From positions 608,001 to 672,000 of the forward strand of contig CAWEQH010000001.1 in assembly GCA_963811165.1 (NCBI GenBank): a DNA stretch of 64,000 nt, in the 5' to 3' direction. Positions 1 to 9,760 of the stretch are shown here, one piece after another. The notes beneath the pieces were generated by a model, which was not told where the DNA came from, ran no database searches, and saw only the letters and a program-made list of their open reading frames with translations. Numbering within the stretch: position 1 is the first letter of the stretch; the number at the start of each line of letters is the position of its first letter. Origin of the DNA: an uncultured Nitrospiraceae bacterium. GTDB lineage: Bacteria; Nitrospirota; Thermodesulfovibrionia; Thermodesulfovibrionales; UBA6898. The position numbers and the translations under genes are program-made.

Positions 1-503
1 GCCATGAAAACATCTTTTCCGCTCACATTTATTGGCTTTGACCTGAGGACAGCATATTCAACTTCAACATAATCAAAGAACCCTTCAAGTCCTTCGTATT
101 TCTTAATCTCCTCTTTCCACACATCGGGTTCAAACTTACACTCATCGATAATTACCATTCTGACTTTAAATCCTTCTGCTGTCAGCTTTTTCGCAAGATT
201 AAAGACCGATAGATATCCACCAAAGAAATACTTAAAATTGATGATGGAAATCAGCATATTCACCCGTTCTGGTTCGCTGTCCACAATTTCAAGATTTAAG
301 GGTGCAATCTTCTGTCTGATGAAATTGATGACAGGATAATCCCGAAACGCTGAAGAATCTGCAGAATGATTTGTGCTGTCCACCACTTTTTCCCTTGCCT
401 TCTTAAGAAAAGCCCTGAATCCGTAATTTCTTATATATAAAAAAGATTTTTGTGCAGTTAGTTTATTGAATAGCCTCAAAAATTTCAATACAGTTTCCGC
501 CAT
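1..503 (-). CDS. WsaF-like glycosyltransferase (probable rhamnosyltransferase), 5' part only, runs off the window
   Basis: Manual translation from ATG at 503: MAETVLKFL...ERVNMLISIINFKYFFGGYLSVFNLAKKL...GKDVFMA. The FGG and D(V/I)F.A segments resemble the WsaF N-terminal domain. Absent from the ORF track because it has no stop in the window. Confidence 0.7.
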   Translation of the reverse strand, partial: MAETVLKFLRLFNKLTAQKSFLYIRNYGFRAFLKKAREKVVDSTNHSADSSAFRDYPVINFIRQKIAPLNLEIVDSEPERVNMLISIINFKYFFGGYLSVFNLAKKLTAEGFKVRMVIIDECKFEPDVWKEEIKKYEGLEGFFDYVEVEYAVLRSKPINVSGKDVFM

Positions 504-516
504 TGATCTGCTTCTC

Positions 517-1923
517 CTACGATTTCTTAATGCATCTATAATATGCATTCATTAATCTATTTGCAAAAATACTCTTAAGCAGCAGGGAATCCATCCCAAG
601 CGTGGTACAATCCTTATTAAGGAGTTTATCCTTTACGATCTGAAGAAAGATGCTTAACACTGACTTTTCAAAGCTGACAAATCTCTCTATGATTCTTCTT
701 TTTTCCCCTGAAACATTGCTGCAACGCAGACGGAGCACATGAGCAATCATAACCCTTCGGGGATAATGATTATAATATTCGGCTTGATTATGCTTCAGCA
801 AAGCTAAAATATCATTGAACCACCTTCTTATCGTTAACCTTTCTTTAAGGTTCTTCAGAAGTTCGATAAGTTCTTCCTGTGAGACCTTATTCTGTTTGAC
901 ATAATGGCCCAACACATTACCTGAATGCTGATAGTAATCATAAAGGGGTTTATCGTGATATTTTATTTTTCCCATAGCAAGTGCAACGCAGGCAATAAAA
1001 TGATCATGATAAAAATCCCCTATTTTCGCAGGAAAGGGCAATAAGACATTCAGAAGCTCCTTCCGAAAAAGAGAGGCTGCTCCGGTAACCGTATTGGTAA
1101 GTATGAGAAGATCAAGTTCACTGAAATTATTCTTCCTTGTCGTCCAATACGTATTGTATATAACGTTCCCTTCTGTATCCACAATATTCATATCGGAATA
1201 CACTAAAGTTGTATCCTTATCAAAAAGAGCCATCAGGGTAGATAACTTGTCCTCATGCCAGTAATCATCCTGATCAGCGAGGGCCACAAAAGATGTCCCT
1301 TCCGGGACATAGGACAGACACCTCTCAAAGTTATGATAGAATCCCAGATTAGATGGGTTTCTGTATAATATAAAGCGCCTGTCTCCTGCAACAATATCTT
1401 TAACCTTTTCAAATATTTCAGGTTCAGAACAATCATCATTAATTATGCATACCCATTTTTTGTATGTCTGGCATATGATTGAATCTATCTGTTTCTTGAA
1501 GTATCTCAATGAAGGATTATAAGTAGTCATGCATATGGCAATTATAGGCTGCCCATATGACTTATCATCTATAGTGCGCATGGACGATGCAGCCGGGCTC
1601 ATTTCCGGCTCGAGAGTGAGGCTTCCCATTGAAGATGTACATTTGTTTCCATTATAAAGCTCTGTTCTAATATCAAGGGTTATCTGGCGTGGAGAATCGA
1701 TTTTAGTAAAGGGAATGATTACCCAAAACTTAGTCATGATACTATTTCCTTTACCATCTTCTTGAAAATGTGTCGGGGGGCCACTATCTTTAAGAAAAGA
1801 AAAGTGAGAAACCGGATACTCACCACCGGCAGCAAGGACAACAATTTTTTTTACCCATTGAGACGGATGGTAACACCAGCCATGCAAAAAAAAGGCATTC
1901 CCTGCACCAACAATAAACGGCAT
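517..1923 (-). CDS. GT2 glycosyltransferase (rhamnosyltransferase-like, WsaE-like GT domain)
   Basis: ICMTTYNP, INDDCS, NLGFYHNFE, ALADQDDYW (DxD) and NTVTGAASLF motifs. Confidence 0.85.
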   Translation of the reverse strand: MPFIVGAGNAFFLHGWCYHPSQWVKKIVVLAAGGEYPVSHFSFLKDSGPPTHFQEDGKGNSIMTKFWVIIPFTKIDSPRQITLDIRTELYNGNKCTSSMGSLTLEPEMSPAASSMRTIDDKSYGQPIIAICMTTYNPSLRYFKKQIDSIICQTYKKWVCIINDDCSEPEIFEKVKDIVAGDRRFILYRNPSNLGFYHNFERCLSYVPEGTSFVALADQDDYWHEDKLSTLMALFDKDTTLVYSDMNIVDTEGNVIYNTYWTTRKNNFSELDLLILTNTVTGAASLFRKELLNVLLPFPAKIGDFYHDHFIACVALAMGKIKYHDKPLYDYYQHSGNVLGHYVKQNKVSQEELIELLKNLKERLTIRRWFNDILALLKHNQAEYYNHYPRRVMIAHVLRLRCSNVSGEKRRIIERFVSFEKSVLSIFLQIVKDKLLNKDCTTLGMDSLLLKSIFANRLMNAYYRCIKKS

Positions 1924-1949
1924 TGAAAGGTTAGTTTCTATATGATAGG

Positions 1950-3164
1950 TCAGCTTCTCCTCAATAAATGTCTTTTTTTTTTCATCAGATTTGCCGGGAT
2001 AAATACTATGAGATCAAAAACCCTCTTAACGAAATGTCTCCTAATAGAATTCGCAGGTAGAAGTTTGTCCCGGATCCTGTAAAATAGCGACAACGTCTTC
2101 CATCCGCGTGAGCTATAAATGCTCTGCAGAAGAAAATCTTTATCCTTTACTAAAGACTCAATGTTGGTTATTCGCTGGTCTCTTTGATCAATATGGTATG
2201 CGAGGTTGGTAATATACTGGTCTTTTCCCTTTATCACATCCCGCAGATTTTTCGCATAAACTTCAAGCTCTTTTATATGCCTACCTTTATCATTTTTATC
2301 TTTTTCAAGCTCCCTCAAATATACATTCTGTTCTCTGAGAGCTTCAAGATTCTTGACGTGAACATCCTGATGACGGGCATGACATTCTCTTAAAATATTA
2401 TCCATTCGCCCCTTGAAATGCATCCATGAGCTCCAACTGACATATTCTTTGTTTCTTTCGAAAACTATAGAAGCAAACTTCTGGATGTCATATCTGCTTT
2501 CAAGGTAATTCTCGATGGAAGCAGCGTAAATATTATATTGGCAAGTAACTTTCTTCAGGTGCAGGAATTCATGGTTTCTTGAAATTAGAGTAAGCATTCG
2601 CCAATCTTCGTGTGTATGAAGATCCTCTTCGAACCGCCATTTGGTGAGCACATTCTTCTCAAACATAAGACACATGAACGGGATGTAGTTTTCGAACAAT
2701 AACCTTTCCCTGTCAAAGTCCTCGGAATACAGCCTTTCCTTTTTCTTGAGAACATATTCATCCGGAGCTGCTTGGATTTCATGAAAGGCGAGATACGAAT
2801 CGGCATAAGCAACTTTATAATAATTGCCCTTGCTGAGTTCGCTGACAAGTGTATCAACATGCTCCGGATAAAACTCGTCATCATCATCGAGAAACCCTAC
2901 GTATTCGCCTTTCGCGCTTTCGATCCCGATATTCCCGGCGTGCGCCCTGCCCATGTTTTTTTCGAGCCTCTTATAATTGAGCGATACGTCCCCGAGAATG
3001 CCTTTTATCTCTTCGATATCGAGGTCGCAGCCGCCGTCATTGACAAGGACGACCTCAATCGGCCGGTAGGTCTGCGCAGCAATGCTCTCTAGCGCCCTTT
3101 TGAGAAGTTTTGGCCTGTCTTTTGTCCTTACGATTATGGAAACTAAAGGTCTGTTTTCGTCCAT
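1950..3164 (-). CDS. GT2 glycosyltransferase with C-terminal coiled coil
   Basis: VSIIVRTKDRP, VVLVNDGG and FLDDDDEF motifs. Start moved from 3380 to ATG 3164 (MDENRPLV) because the longer ORF overlaps wbaP. Confidence 0.85.
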   Translation of the reverse strand: MDENRPLVSIIVRTKDRPKLLKRALESIAAQTYRPIEVVLVNDGGCDLDIEEIKGILGDVSLNYKRLEKNMGRAHAGNIGIESAKGEYVGFLDDDDEFYPEHVDTLVSELSKGNYYKVAYADSYLAFHEIQAAPDEYVLKKKERLYSEDFDRERLLFENYIPFMCLMFEKNVLTKWRFEEDLHTHEDWRMLTLISRNHEFLHLKKVTCQYNIYAASIENYLESRYDIQKFASIVFERNKEYVSWSSWMHFKGRMDNILRECHARHQDVHVKNLEALREQNVYLRELEKDKNDKGRHIKELEVYAKNLRDVIKGKDQYITNLAYHIDQRDQRITNIESLVKDKDFLLQSIYSSRGWKTLSLFYRIRDKLLPANSIRRHFVKRVFDLIVFIPANLMKKKRHLLRRS

Positions 3165-3289
3165 TATTATCCTAAATTCCTCATAGCTACCTCTTCCGAT
3201 CTTTTCCCCGGTAACCATTATTATATTTGATAGCGAGCTAAAATTTCTATGAAGGTTCAGGCCAGCCGGAGAGAGACTAAAGAGAGAGT

Positions 3290-4696
3290 TCAGTATGCCC
3301 CTTCTCTTTTTATGACGATCCGAACGGTCTTCAGAAGGATCACGACATCCAGCCAGAGGTTCCAGTTCCTGACATACCATGAATCGAGTGATATGCGGTA
3401 CTCATAACTCGTATTGCTCCTGCCGCTCACCTGCCAGAGTCCGGTGATGCCCGGCAGCACACAAAAACACAACTCGGCCATATCCTTATAATGAAAGTCA
3501 ATTTCATCCTGAGTCACGGGCCTGGGTCCGACGAGGCTCATCTCGCCTTTGAGGACGTTAAATATCTGAGGCAGTTCATCGAGGGAGGTCGTCCGAAGGA
3601 ATCTTCCTATCCTCGTGACCCTGGGGTCATCGCTCAGTTTCCAATGTTTTTCCCACTTCTCTTTCGTTTCCTGATCTTTTTCGAGGAGTGCGGCGAGTTT
3701 CTCCTCGGCGTCTTCATACATCGTCCTGAACTTGTAGCATCTGAAGAGGGTCCCCTTCTTCCCGATCCGCTCCTGAGAGAACATCGCCTTCCCCCTCGAA
3801 TCGAGCCGTATCAGTACGGCTATAGCCGCCATTGGGACCGAAAGGAAAGGCAGCATCAGGACGCCCATGACAATATCAAAACACCTCTTGACAAAGATGT
3901 TTAGGGGGTTTGAGAGGTTGTTTTTCATCTCGAAGGCGAAGGCCTCTTCATGAAAAAAATGCTGAAGGTCCGTTCCCGTGACTGCAATCCCGAATATGTC
4001 GGGAACGAAGAGGATACGTTCGACCTTGTGCTGCAGGCTGTTGATGAGGCCCTGGAGCCGCTCCTTGCCCGCGCCGGGCATGGCGATGAAAAGGTCGTCG
4101 ATGCCGCACCGGTTGATATACGTCGCCGCCCGATCGGTCCCCTTATGGATTTTAATGCCTTCTATCTCCCGGCCGAACTTAGCCGGGTCGTCGTCGACAA
4201 ACCCCTTGATCTCGTATCCGTAATTCGGTTCTTTCTTTAGGGCCCTCAGGATCAGCTTCCCTGTCTCTCCCGCACCGAGGATAAGGACCCTGCGCTTAAG
4301 CAGGCCGAACCGTCTTAACGCCTTTTTGGTGATGGTCCTGATCAGAGGGAGCAAAAGGACCGAGATGATTCCCATCACGACGACGATGGTTCGTGACATC
4401 ACATCGCCGAGTTTCCCGACCGACACCACGGTAAAGACACCTACCGTCGAAAAAAAAGATACCTTCCATAGCGCCCTTATCTCGTCCCAGAAAGAGAACC
4501 TCTTTGTGTAGAGGCCCTCATAATAAAATAGAAAGATCCAGACGGCAAAGACCCACCATATGTCTGCAAACCCCCTGAAGGAAAGGCTTGGGGGGAAGCC
4601 CGCGTAAAAGAGGGGTAGTGCCTTGAGCCTGATGAGGACCGCAAGACCGAATATGACCAAAATGGCTGCGATATCGACAAAAAAAACCGTGAGCAC
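3290..4696 (-). CDS. wbaP: Undecaprenyl-phosphate hexose phosphotransferase (WbaP family priming transferase)
   Basis: N-terminal TM helices, ILGAGETG nucleotide-binding-like domain, and KFRTM, DDPRVTRIGRFLRTTSLDELPQ, SLVGPRP, PGITGLWQVSGR motifs. Confidence 0.92.
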   Translation of the reverse strand: MLTVFFVDIAAILVIFGLAVLIRLKALPLFYAGFPPSLSFRGFADIWWVFAVWIFLFYYEGLYTKRFSFWDEIRALWKVSFFSTVGVFTVVSVGKLGDVMSRTIVVVMGIISVLLLPLIRTITKKALRRFGLLKRRVLILGAGETGKLILRALKKEPNYGYEIKGFVDDDPAKFGREIEGIKIHKGTDRAATYINRCGIDDLFIAMPGAGKERLQGLINSLQHKVERILFVPDIFGIAVTGTDLQHFFHEEAFAFEMKNNLSNPLNIFVKRCFDIVMGVLMLPFLSVPMAAIAVLIRLDSRGKAMFSQERIGKKGTLFRCYKFRTMYEDAEEKLAALLEKDQETKEKWEKHWKLSDDPRVTRIGRFLRTTSLDELPQIFNVLKGEMSLVGPRPVTQDEIDFHYKDMAELCFCVLPGITGLWQVSGRSNTSYEYRISLDSWYVRNWNLWLDVVILLKTVRIVIKREGAY

Positions 4697-4727
4697 CTCG
4701 GCAGCGGACTTGACTCTGTGTATGGCC

Positions 4728-5465
4728 TTAATAATTTCCTCCCGAAAGTGTTGCAGTGACCCTGCCCACCGCCACTTTAGTCTGCATCTTGACGGGGACG
4801 TGTTTCCCGTCGTCGGTGAGCCAGATATACATGTCTCCTCTTTTGTTGAAGATGCCCTCCGACTTCAGGAGCGGTCTTATGACGATAGTATCGAAGTCCC
4901 CGAGGCCGGTGCTGATCCGTTCCTTCCTGAGGACCTGGACCTCCACGTTCCAGAGCTTCTTGTTGTCCAGGATGTCCACATAGACGGATTTACCCACTTT
5001 CGCATTCAGAGTTCTGACATAGTAAAAGCTGGAAAGCGGGTCAAATGTGTTGTCCCTTATCTCTATCTCCTTTTTCTCGCCGCTTAAGTGGTCCGTGAAT
5101 GAGGCCCGGTGCCTGGTGTTGTCGAAGACGACCTCTTTGTTTCGCCTGTGATTGCCTTCCCTGATCTTCACCCTGTAATTTCTCGGTGTGCCGAGGACCG
5201 CCGGATGCCGCGGCGTTGAAAGTTCCGACTCGATCCTGTCCTCTACCGTATAAAATACGGAAACCCAGTCAGCCGACCGGGCGGTCGAGACGATTGTCGT
5301 TTTCTCATCTCCATTGCTGATCTGAAGCGTTGCCGTCCCGGTTTTTATTCCCGCCCACGTAAGGTCGTACACGAGCTTCTCCGGAACACGGAAGCCCGCG
5401 GCAAAGGAGAGCGAGGGAAATATAAAAAAAAACATCAACAGGCCGATTCCCGTGAATTTTTTCAT
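4728..5465 (-). CDS. Exported DUF3108-like protein
   Basis: Signal peptide; EKLVYDLTWAGIKTGTA and FDPLSSFYYVR...IWLTDD..VPVK pattern. Confidence 0.75.
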   Translation of the reverse strand: MKKFTGIGLLMFFFIFPSLSFAAGFRVPEKLVYDLTWAGIKTGTATLQISNGDEKTTIVSTARSADWVSVFYTVEDRIESELSTPRHPAVLGTPRNYRVKIREGNHRRNKEVVFDNTRHRASFTDHLSGEKKEIEIRDNTFDPLSSFYYVRTLNAKVGKSVYVDILDNKKLWNVEVQVLRKERISTGLGDFDTIVIRPLLKSEGIFNKRGDMYIWLTDDGKHVPVKMQTKVAVGRVTATLSGGNY

Positions 5466-5542
5466 ATGAGGATTTCTGCCCCGGCAGGCGACTTCATGAG
5501 ACCTCCTGGAGTATTACGGAATTTTTCTGCTATATTAATACT

Positions 5543-6283
5543 ATGTTTATTATTCCTGCAATAGATTTAAAAGACGGCGTCTGCGTTAGGCTTGAGCAGG
5601 GCAGGAAAGAAGCCGTGACCGTGTATTCGAAAGATCCGGTCCTGACCGCCAAGAGGTGGGAGTCTTGCGGCGCCAGGCTGCTTCACGTCGTCGACTTAGA
5701 CGGGGCTTTTACGGGAAACCAGAAGAATCTGGAGAGCATTCTTAGGATAAGAAGGCACATAAAGATGACGATGGAAGTGGGCGGCGGCATAAGAGACATA
5801 ACAACCGTCGAAAAACTCATCTCTTCGGGTATAGACCGCGTGATCATAGGTACTTCCGCAATCGAGGATTCCTCATTTGTCGTAAAAGCCTGCAGTAAAT
5901 TCCCGGGCAAGATCCTTGTGGGAATAGATGCGAAAGACGGGAAGGTCGCGGTCAAGGGATGGGAAGAAGTGAGCGCCGTCGGCGCAAAGGAACTTGCAAA
6001 AAGGGTCGAGACCGTCGGCGTTGCCGGCATCATTTATACCGACATATCGAGGGACGGCATGCTCACGGGACCTAATGTCTCGGCGCAGGAGGAGATGGTC
6101 GCTACGGTCAATGTCCCGGTGATCGCATCCGGAGGCATAGCGACGATAGAAGACGTGAAACTCCTCCTGGGGATAAAAGGCCTTTGGGGGGCGATAACGG
6201 GCAAGGCCATCTACTCGGGATCCCTCGACCTGAAAGAGGCGATAAAGCTTAGTGAAGAACAAGGTCCGGGGAGCAAGGGTTAA
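5543..6283 (+). CDS. hisA: ProFAR isomerase HisA
   Basis: [31 protein letters not shown] and [10 protein letters not shown] motifs. Confidence 0.97.
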   Translation: MFIIPAIDLKDGVCVRLEQGRKEAVTVYSKDPVLTAKRWESCGARLLHVVDLDGAFTGNQKNLESILRIRRHIKMTMEVGGGIRDITTVEKLISSGIDRVIIGTSAIEDSSFVVKACSKFPGKILVGIDAKDGKVAVKGWEEVSAVGAKELAKRVETVGVAGIIYTDISRDGMLTGPNVSAQEEMVATVNVPVIASGGIATIEDVKLLLGIKGLWGAITGKAIYSGSLDLKEAIKLSEEQGPGSKG

Positions 6284-6294
6284 GGGTTACTGAG

Positions 6295-7164
6295 ATGCTT
6301 GCAAAACGGATCATCCCCTGCCTGGATGTGAAGGACGGCCGTGTGGTCAAGGGCGTCAGCTTCGTAAACCTTCGCGATGCCGGCGATCCTGTCGAAAACG
6401 CCAAATTTTACGACGAACAGGGCGCCGACGAGCTGATCTTCCTCGATATCACCGCCTCTCATGAAAAGCGGAAGATCATCCTCGATGTGGTCGAGCGGAC
6501 CGCCGAAGACGTCTTCATGCCCCTGACCGTAGGGGGCGGGATAAAGACCCTGGACGATATCAGAGACCTCCTTAACGCCGGTTGCGACAAGGTCTCTATA
6601 AACACCACAGCGGTAAAAGACCCCTTTTTCATCAGCAGGGCCGCCGAGAAATTCGGAAGCCAGTGCATTGTTGTGGCCATCGATGCCAAGAGGGTAACGG
6701 GCCGCATGTCCGATCCGACGGGTGAGGGCTGGCTCGACGATCCTTCCCTGAAAGACGTACGCCTGGAACTGCCAACCCCTCCCGGCCCCACCTCATCAGG
6801 GGAGAGCGATGCGTTGGTGTGGGCGATCTCGACGCACGGCGGCAGGAAGATGAAGCTCATCGACGCGGTCAAGTGGGCAAAGAAGATGGAGGAACTCGGC
6901 GCCGGGGAGTTTATGCTTACCAGCATGGACAAAGACGGGACCAAAGACGGCTATGACATCGAGTTGACGAGGGCGATATCCGAAACAGTCTCGATACCTG
7001 TCATCGCCTCAGGCGGCGCAGGGACGCTTGAGCACCTCTACGACGGACTTGTCTACGGCAAGGCCGATGCCGTACTTGCGGCTTCGATCTTTCATTTCAG
7101 GGAATTTACGGTGCGTGAAGCTAAGGAGTACCTTAGGTCAAAAGGCGTGCCGGTAAGAATTTAG
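6295..7164 (+). CDS. hisF: Imidazole glycerol phosphate synthase cyclase subunit HisF (with internal insertion)
   Basis: [39 protein letters not shown] and LAASIFHF motifs. Confidence 0.97.
   Translation: MLAKRIIPCLDVKDGRVVKGVSFVNLRDAGDPVENAKFYDEQGADELIFLDITASHEKRKIILDVVERTAEDVFMPLTVGGGIKTLDDIRDLLNAGCDKVSINTTAVKDPFFISRAAEKFGSQCIVVAIDAKRVTGRMSDPTGEGWLDDPSLKDVRLELPTPPGPTSSGESDALVWAISTHGGRKMKLIDAVKWAKKMEELGAGEFMLTSMDKDGTKDGYDIELTRAISETVSIPVIASGGAGTLEHLYDGLVYGKADAVLAASIFHFREFTVREAKEYLRSKGVPVRI
6774..6804 (+). repeat. Palindromic-repeat half-unit lying in frame within hisF
   Basis: aacccctcccggccccacctcatcaggggag matches 42515-42545 (aacccctccctgcctccccttatcaggggag) at 27/31 positions. Confidence 0.7.
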
Positions 7165-7170
7165 CACTGC

Positions 7171-7220
7171 AAAATTCTTTACGCTCCCCCTCGGTCGCAA
7201 CCTAAAATTATCAAAGGGGC
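7171..7220 (-). repeat. Structured intergenic repeat, truncated copy A (reverse)
   Basis: Shares tttacgctc, cctcggtcgcaa and caaaggggc with 8153-8196. Confidence 0.7.
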
Positions 7221-7269
7221 ACGGCAGAATATGAGCGATCAGCTCTCAGCGGTATACTCAGGACAAAAA

Positions 7270-7470
7270 TCCCCTTCGAAACTTCCAGGTGAGTGGTGAC
7301 GCCCGCAGGGTGAAAGATTTTAGGCTGTCTGAGCCCGCCGCAGGCGAGTTCCTAAAATCTACCGAGGACGACAATGCGAACCGCTCGGGAAGGTTCGTCG
7401 GGCGCCCTTCTTACGGTTACGCTTCTTGGAGCGAGCAAGAAGGGTAACTGGGGTTTGGGGCAATGCCCCA
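7270..7470 (+). repeat. Structured intergenic repeat (MITE/REP-like, ~200 bp), copy B
   Basis: Shares tccccttcgaaa and gacgcccgcagggt with 8251-8291; internal stems gattttagg/cctaaaatc, ttcttg/caagaa and ggggca/tgcccc. Confidence 0.8.
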
Positions 7471-7551
7471 ACATGAAATGATCGACTCTTGATATTGCCG
7501 CCCGATGTGATACCCTGTAATCATAAGTCAGACAATCTAGGAGGAACAATT

Positions 7552-7731
7552 ATGAGGATGGAACTCGAAGGCTCGCTTTTGAAATTTACGCCTGAAAACG
7601 ACAGGGAAAAAGAGGAACTGAACCAGCTCTGGACAATAGTAGTGGGATGCGTTAGCGAAGGGAAAAAATTGGTCCCCGTCGGTCAGTACCTGCCGGGCAT
7701 AAAGGAAGTTGCGGTATTCAACATAGAGTAG
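7552..7731 (+). CDS. Small hypothetical protein (59 aa)
   Basis: Strong RBS aggagg before ATG 7552; MRMELEGSLLKFTPEND... Confidence 0.8.
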   Translation: MRMELEGSLLKFTPENDREKEELNQLWTIVVGCVSEGKKLVPVGQYLPGIKEVAVFNIE

Positions 7732-7970
7732 AAGACAAGAAAAAAATCGGGGTCGTCGCCTATTCAGGCTATAAGGGAGAGGAGGCGCCCCGATCTTTTT
7801 TGCTCGGAGAGGTCAAAGTAAATGTCGTCTCTGTGATAAGGGCGTGGGTGGAAGAGTCGCTTGATGCTAGGAGGCGGAAGAGATTTTTCAAGGTCAAAGG
7901 GAGCGACGGATTTATCTATACGCTATATTACGACGAAGCGCATGCCGAATGGTTTTTGGCCGGGAAATGA
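7728..7970 (+). CDS. Small hypothetical protein lacking a canonical start (possibly DUF6504-like)
   Basis: Open frame read by hand: VEDKKKIGVVAYSGYKGEEAPRSF...RFFKVKGSDGFIYTLYYDEAHAEWFLAGK*. Protein-like composition; overlaps the upstream stop. Confidence 0.6.
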   Translation, partial: VEDKKKIGVVAYSGYKGEEAPRSFLLGEVKVNVVSVIRAWVEESLDARRRKRFFKVKGSDGFIYTLYYDEAHAEWFLAGK

Positions 7971-8013
7971 ACAGTTTGGAAATTCCTTTCTCCTTACTCA
8001 CTCCTCGCTTTAT

Positions 8014-8195
8014 TTCGGGGCCTTGCCCCGCACCCCAAGCGCTTTTCTGAATGCGTCAGAAAAGTGCCCAAAAGAGCGCACCCCGCGGAAAATCCTTTTC
8101 GATCTGCTCGGTCGGTCTCGCTAAATTCCGGAGCTCAGACAGTCTACAATTTTTTACGCTCGACCTCGGTCGCAAATCGGGATTTTCCAAAGGGG
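8014..8195 (-). repeat. Structured intergenic repeat, copy C (reverse)
   Basis: Reverse complement contains ctgtctgagc and ggggtgcggggcaaggccccg, collinear with copies B and D. Confidence 0.8.
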
Positions 8196-8250
8196 CCCCG
8201 TAATACCCTAAAAAAGCAGGTACATAAGTAAAGCCTCCTTTGCAGGTCAT

Positions 8251-8388
8251 TCCCCTTCGAAAACTTAGGCGAGCACGGACGCCCGCAGGGTTAAACATTT
8301 CCCCATGTTCGAGCACCGATGGCGACCTTCTTTGGGCTACCTTGCTTGGTCGTCAAGAAAGGTAGCTGGGGTGCGGGGCAAAGCTCCG
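8251..8388 (+). repeat. Structured intergenic repeat, copy D (internally deleted)
   Basis: tccccttcgaaa...gacgcccgcagggt...ccttctttgggctac...caagaaaggtagctggggtgcggggcaaagc. Confidence 0.8.
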
Positions 8389-8408
8389 GTTCGAAGGTAA
8401 ATCCTTCT

Positions 8409-9653
8409 TCAGATTTTTTCGCGTATCTTTCGTATGCGCTCGACGATTGGGGGATGGGAGTAATAAAATTTTGCATAGAGCGGATGGGGGTGAAGGTTTG
8501 AAAGGTTGTCTTTGGAGAGTTTGATGAGAGATGTGGCGAGGCTGCCTGGGTCCCCCGTCAGCTCGATAGCGAAACGGTCCGCTTCGTCTTCGTGCCTTCT
8601 CGAAAAAAGGGTCATGAGGGGCGTGAAGGGAAAGGCCGCTATCCCAAAGATAAACCCGAGGACGACCAGTTCCGCAAAGAATGCTTCACCCTTGATACCG
8701 AACATATCTGAAAGGATATTCGACCTTAGGACCAGAAAGGACAGATAGGCGCCGGCCAGGGACATAAGCTCGAACAGAATGATCCGCTTTAAGACGTGCT
8801 TCTTTTTCCAGTGTCCCGCCTCGTGGGCAAGTACCGCAATGATTTCGGACTGCGACATCATTTCCATGAGCGTATCAAACAGGACGATCCTTTTTACCCT
8901 GCCTATCCCGGTGAAGTAGGCGTTTGTATGGCGGCTCCTTTTCGATGCGTCGATAGTGAAGACGCGGGTTACGCGGATGCCGACCTTATTCATAAGCTCC
9001 CTGATCTTTTCTTCAAGTTCACCGCCTTCAAGGGGGGTGAATTTGTTGAAGAGCGGTTCGATGACGTAAGGGGAAATATACATGAGGAAGATGCTCAGGA
9101 CAAAGAAGAACCCCCATGCAAAAAGCCACCAGTACCCGGGGCTGTGCTGCACGATGGAAAACCCTCCGAGGGACACGATCCCAAGGATGACCGCGGACAA
9201 CAACAGAGATTTTGCCAGGTCGGCGACCCAGAGTTTCCAGGTCATGGTATTGAACCCGTATTTGTTCTCTATCCTGAATGTCGAGTAAAGGCTGAAGGGG
9301 ACGGAAAGAAGCGTAGTGACGAATGCCAGCACGAGAAAAAATACGGTCCCTTTTACGACGAAGGGCAGACCAAGTGAACCGATCCACCGGTTGTAAATAC
9401 CGAGGACCCCGCCGAAGAGGAAAACAATCATGGCTATATTGCCGAAGACCGACTCGATGAACGAAAGTGAACTTCTCTCGATCGTGTAGGCATATGTCTT
9501 CCTGAGCGCCTGCTCATCGATATATCCTTCGAACCCCTCCGGCACGCGAGTGCCGTATTTTTTCATATACTGGAGGTTCAGGAATTTGAGCCAGTACTCA
9601 AACGCCTGCACGAGGAGATAAAGGATCAATAAAATGAGTCGGTATTTTTGCAT
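8409..9653 (-). CDS. M48 family zinc metalloprotease (Ste24/HtpX-like)
   Basis: Multiple TMs; NAYFTG, VLAHEAGH (HExxH), SRRHEDEAD and YSHPP motifs. Confidence 0.93.
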   Translation of the reverse strand: MQKYRLILLILYLLVQAFEYWLKFLNLQYMKKYGTRVPEGFEGYIDEQALRKTYAYTIERSSLSFIESVFGNIAMIVFLFGGVLGIYNRWIGSLGLPFVVKGTVFFLVLAFVTTLLSVPFSLYSTFRIENKYGFNTMTWKLWVADLAKSLLLSAVILGIVSLGGFSIVQHSPGYWWLFAWGFFFVLSIFLMYISPYVIEPLFNKFTPLEGGELEEKIRELMNKVGIRVTRVFTIDASKRSRHTNAYFTGIGRVKRIVLFDTLMEMMSQSEIIAVLAHEAGHWKKKHVLKRIILFELMSLAGAYLSFLVLRSNILSDMFGIKGEAFFAELVVLGFIFGIAAFPFTPLMTLFSRRHEDEADRFAIELTGDPGSLATSLIKLSKDNLSNLHPHPLYAKFYYSHPPIVERIRKIREKI

Positions 9654-9760
9654 CCTATGGTTGCCTGAATGAGATTATTATAGCATCCGAAGGCGAGGAT
9701 CTCCGAAAATGGTCTTTTGTTCGGTTATAATAAACGATAACGCTGAAAGGAGTTTTAACA

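Noticed and set aside
7861..8501. ORFs 7861-8124, 8056-8316, 8291-8476 and 8319-8501
   Set aside because: They run through the structured repeats or overlap real genes and have no protein motifs
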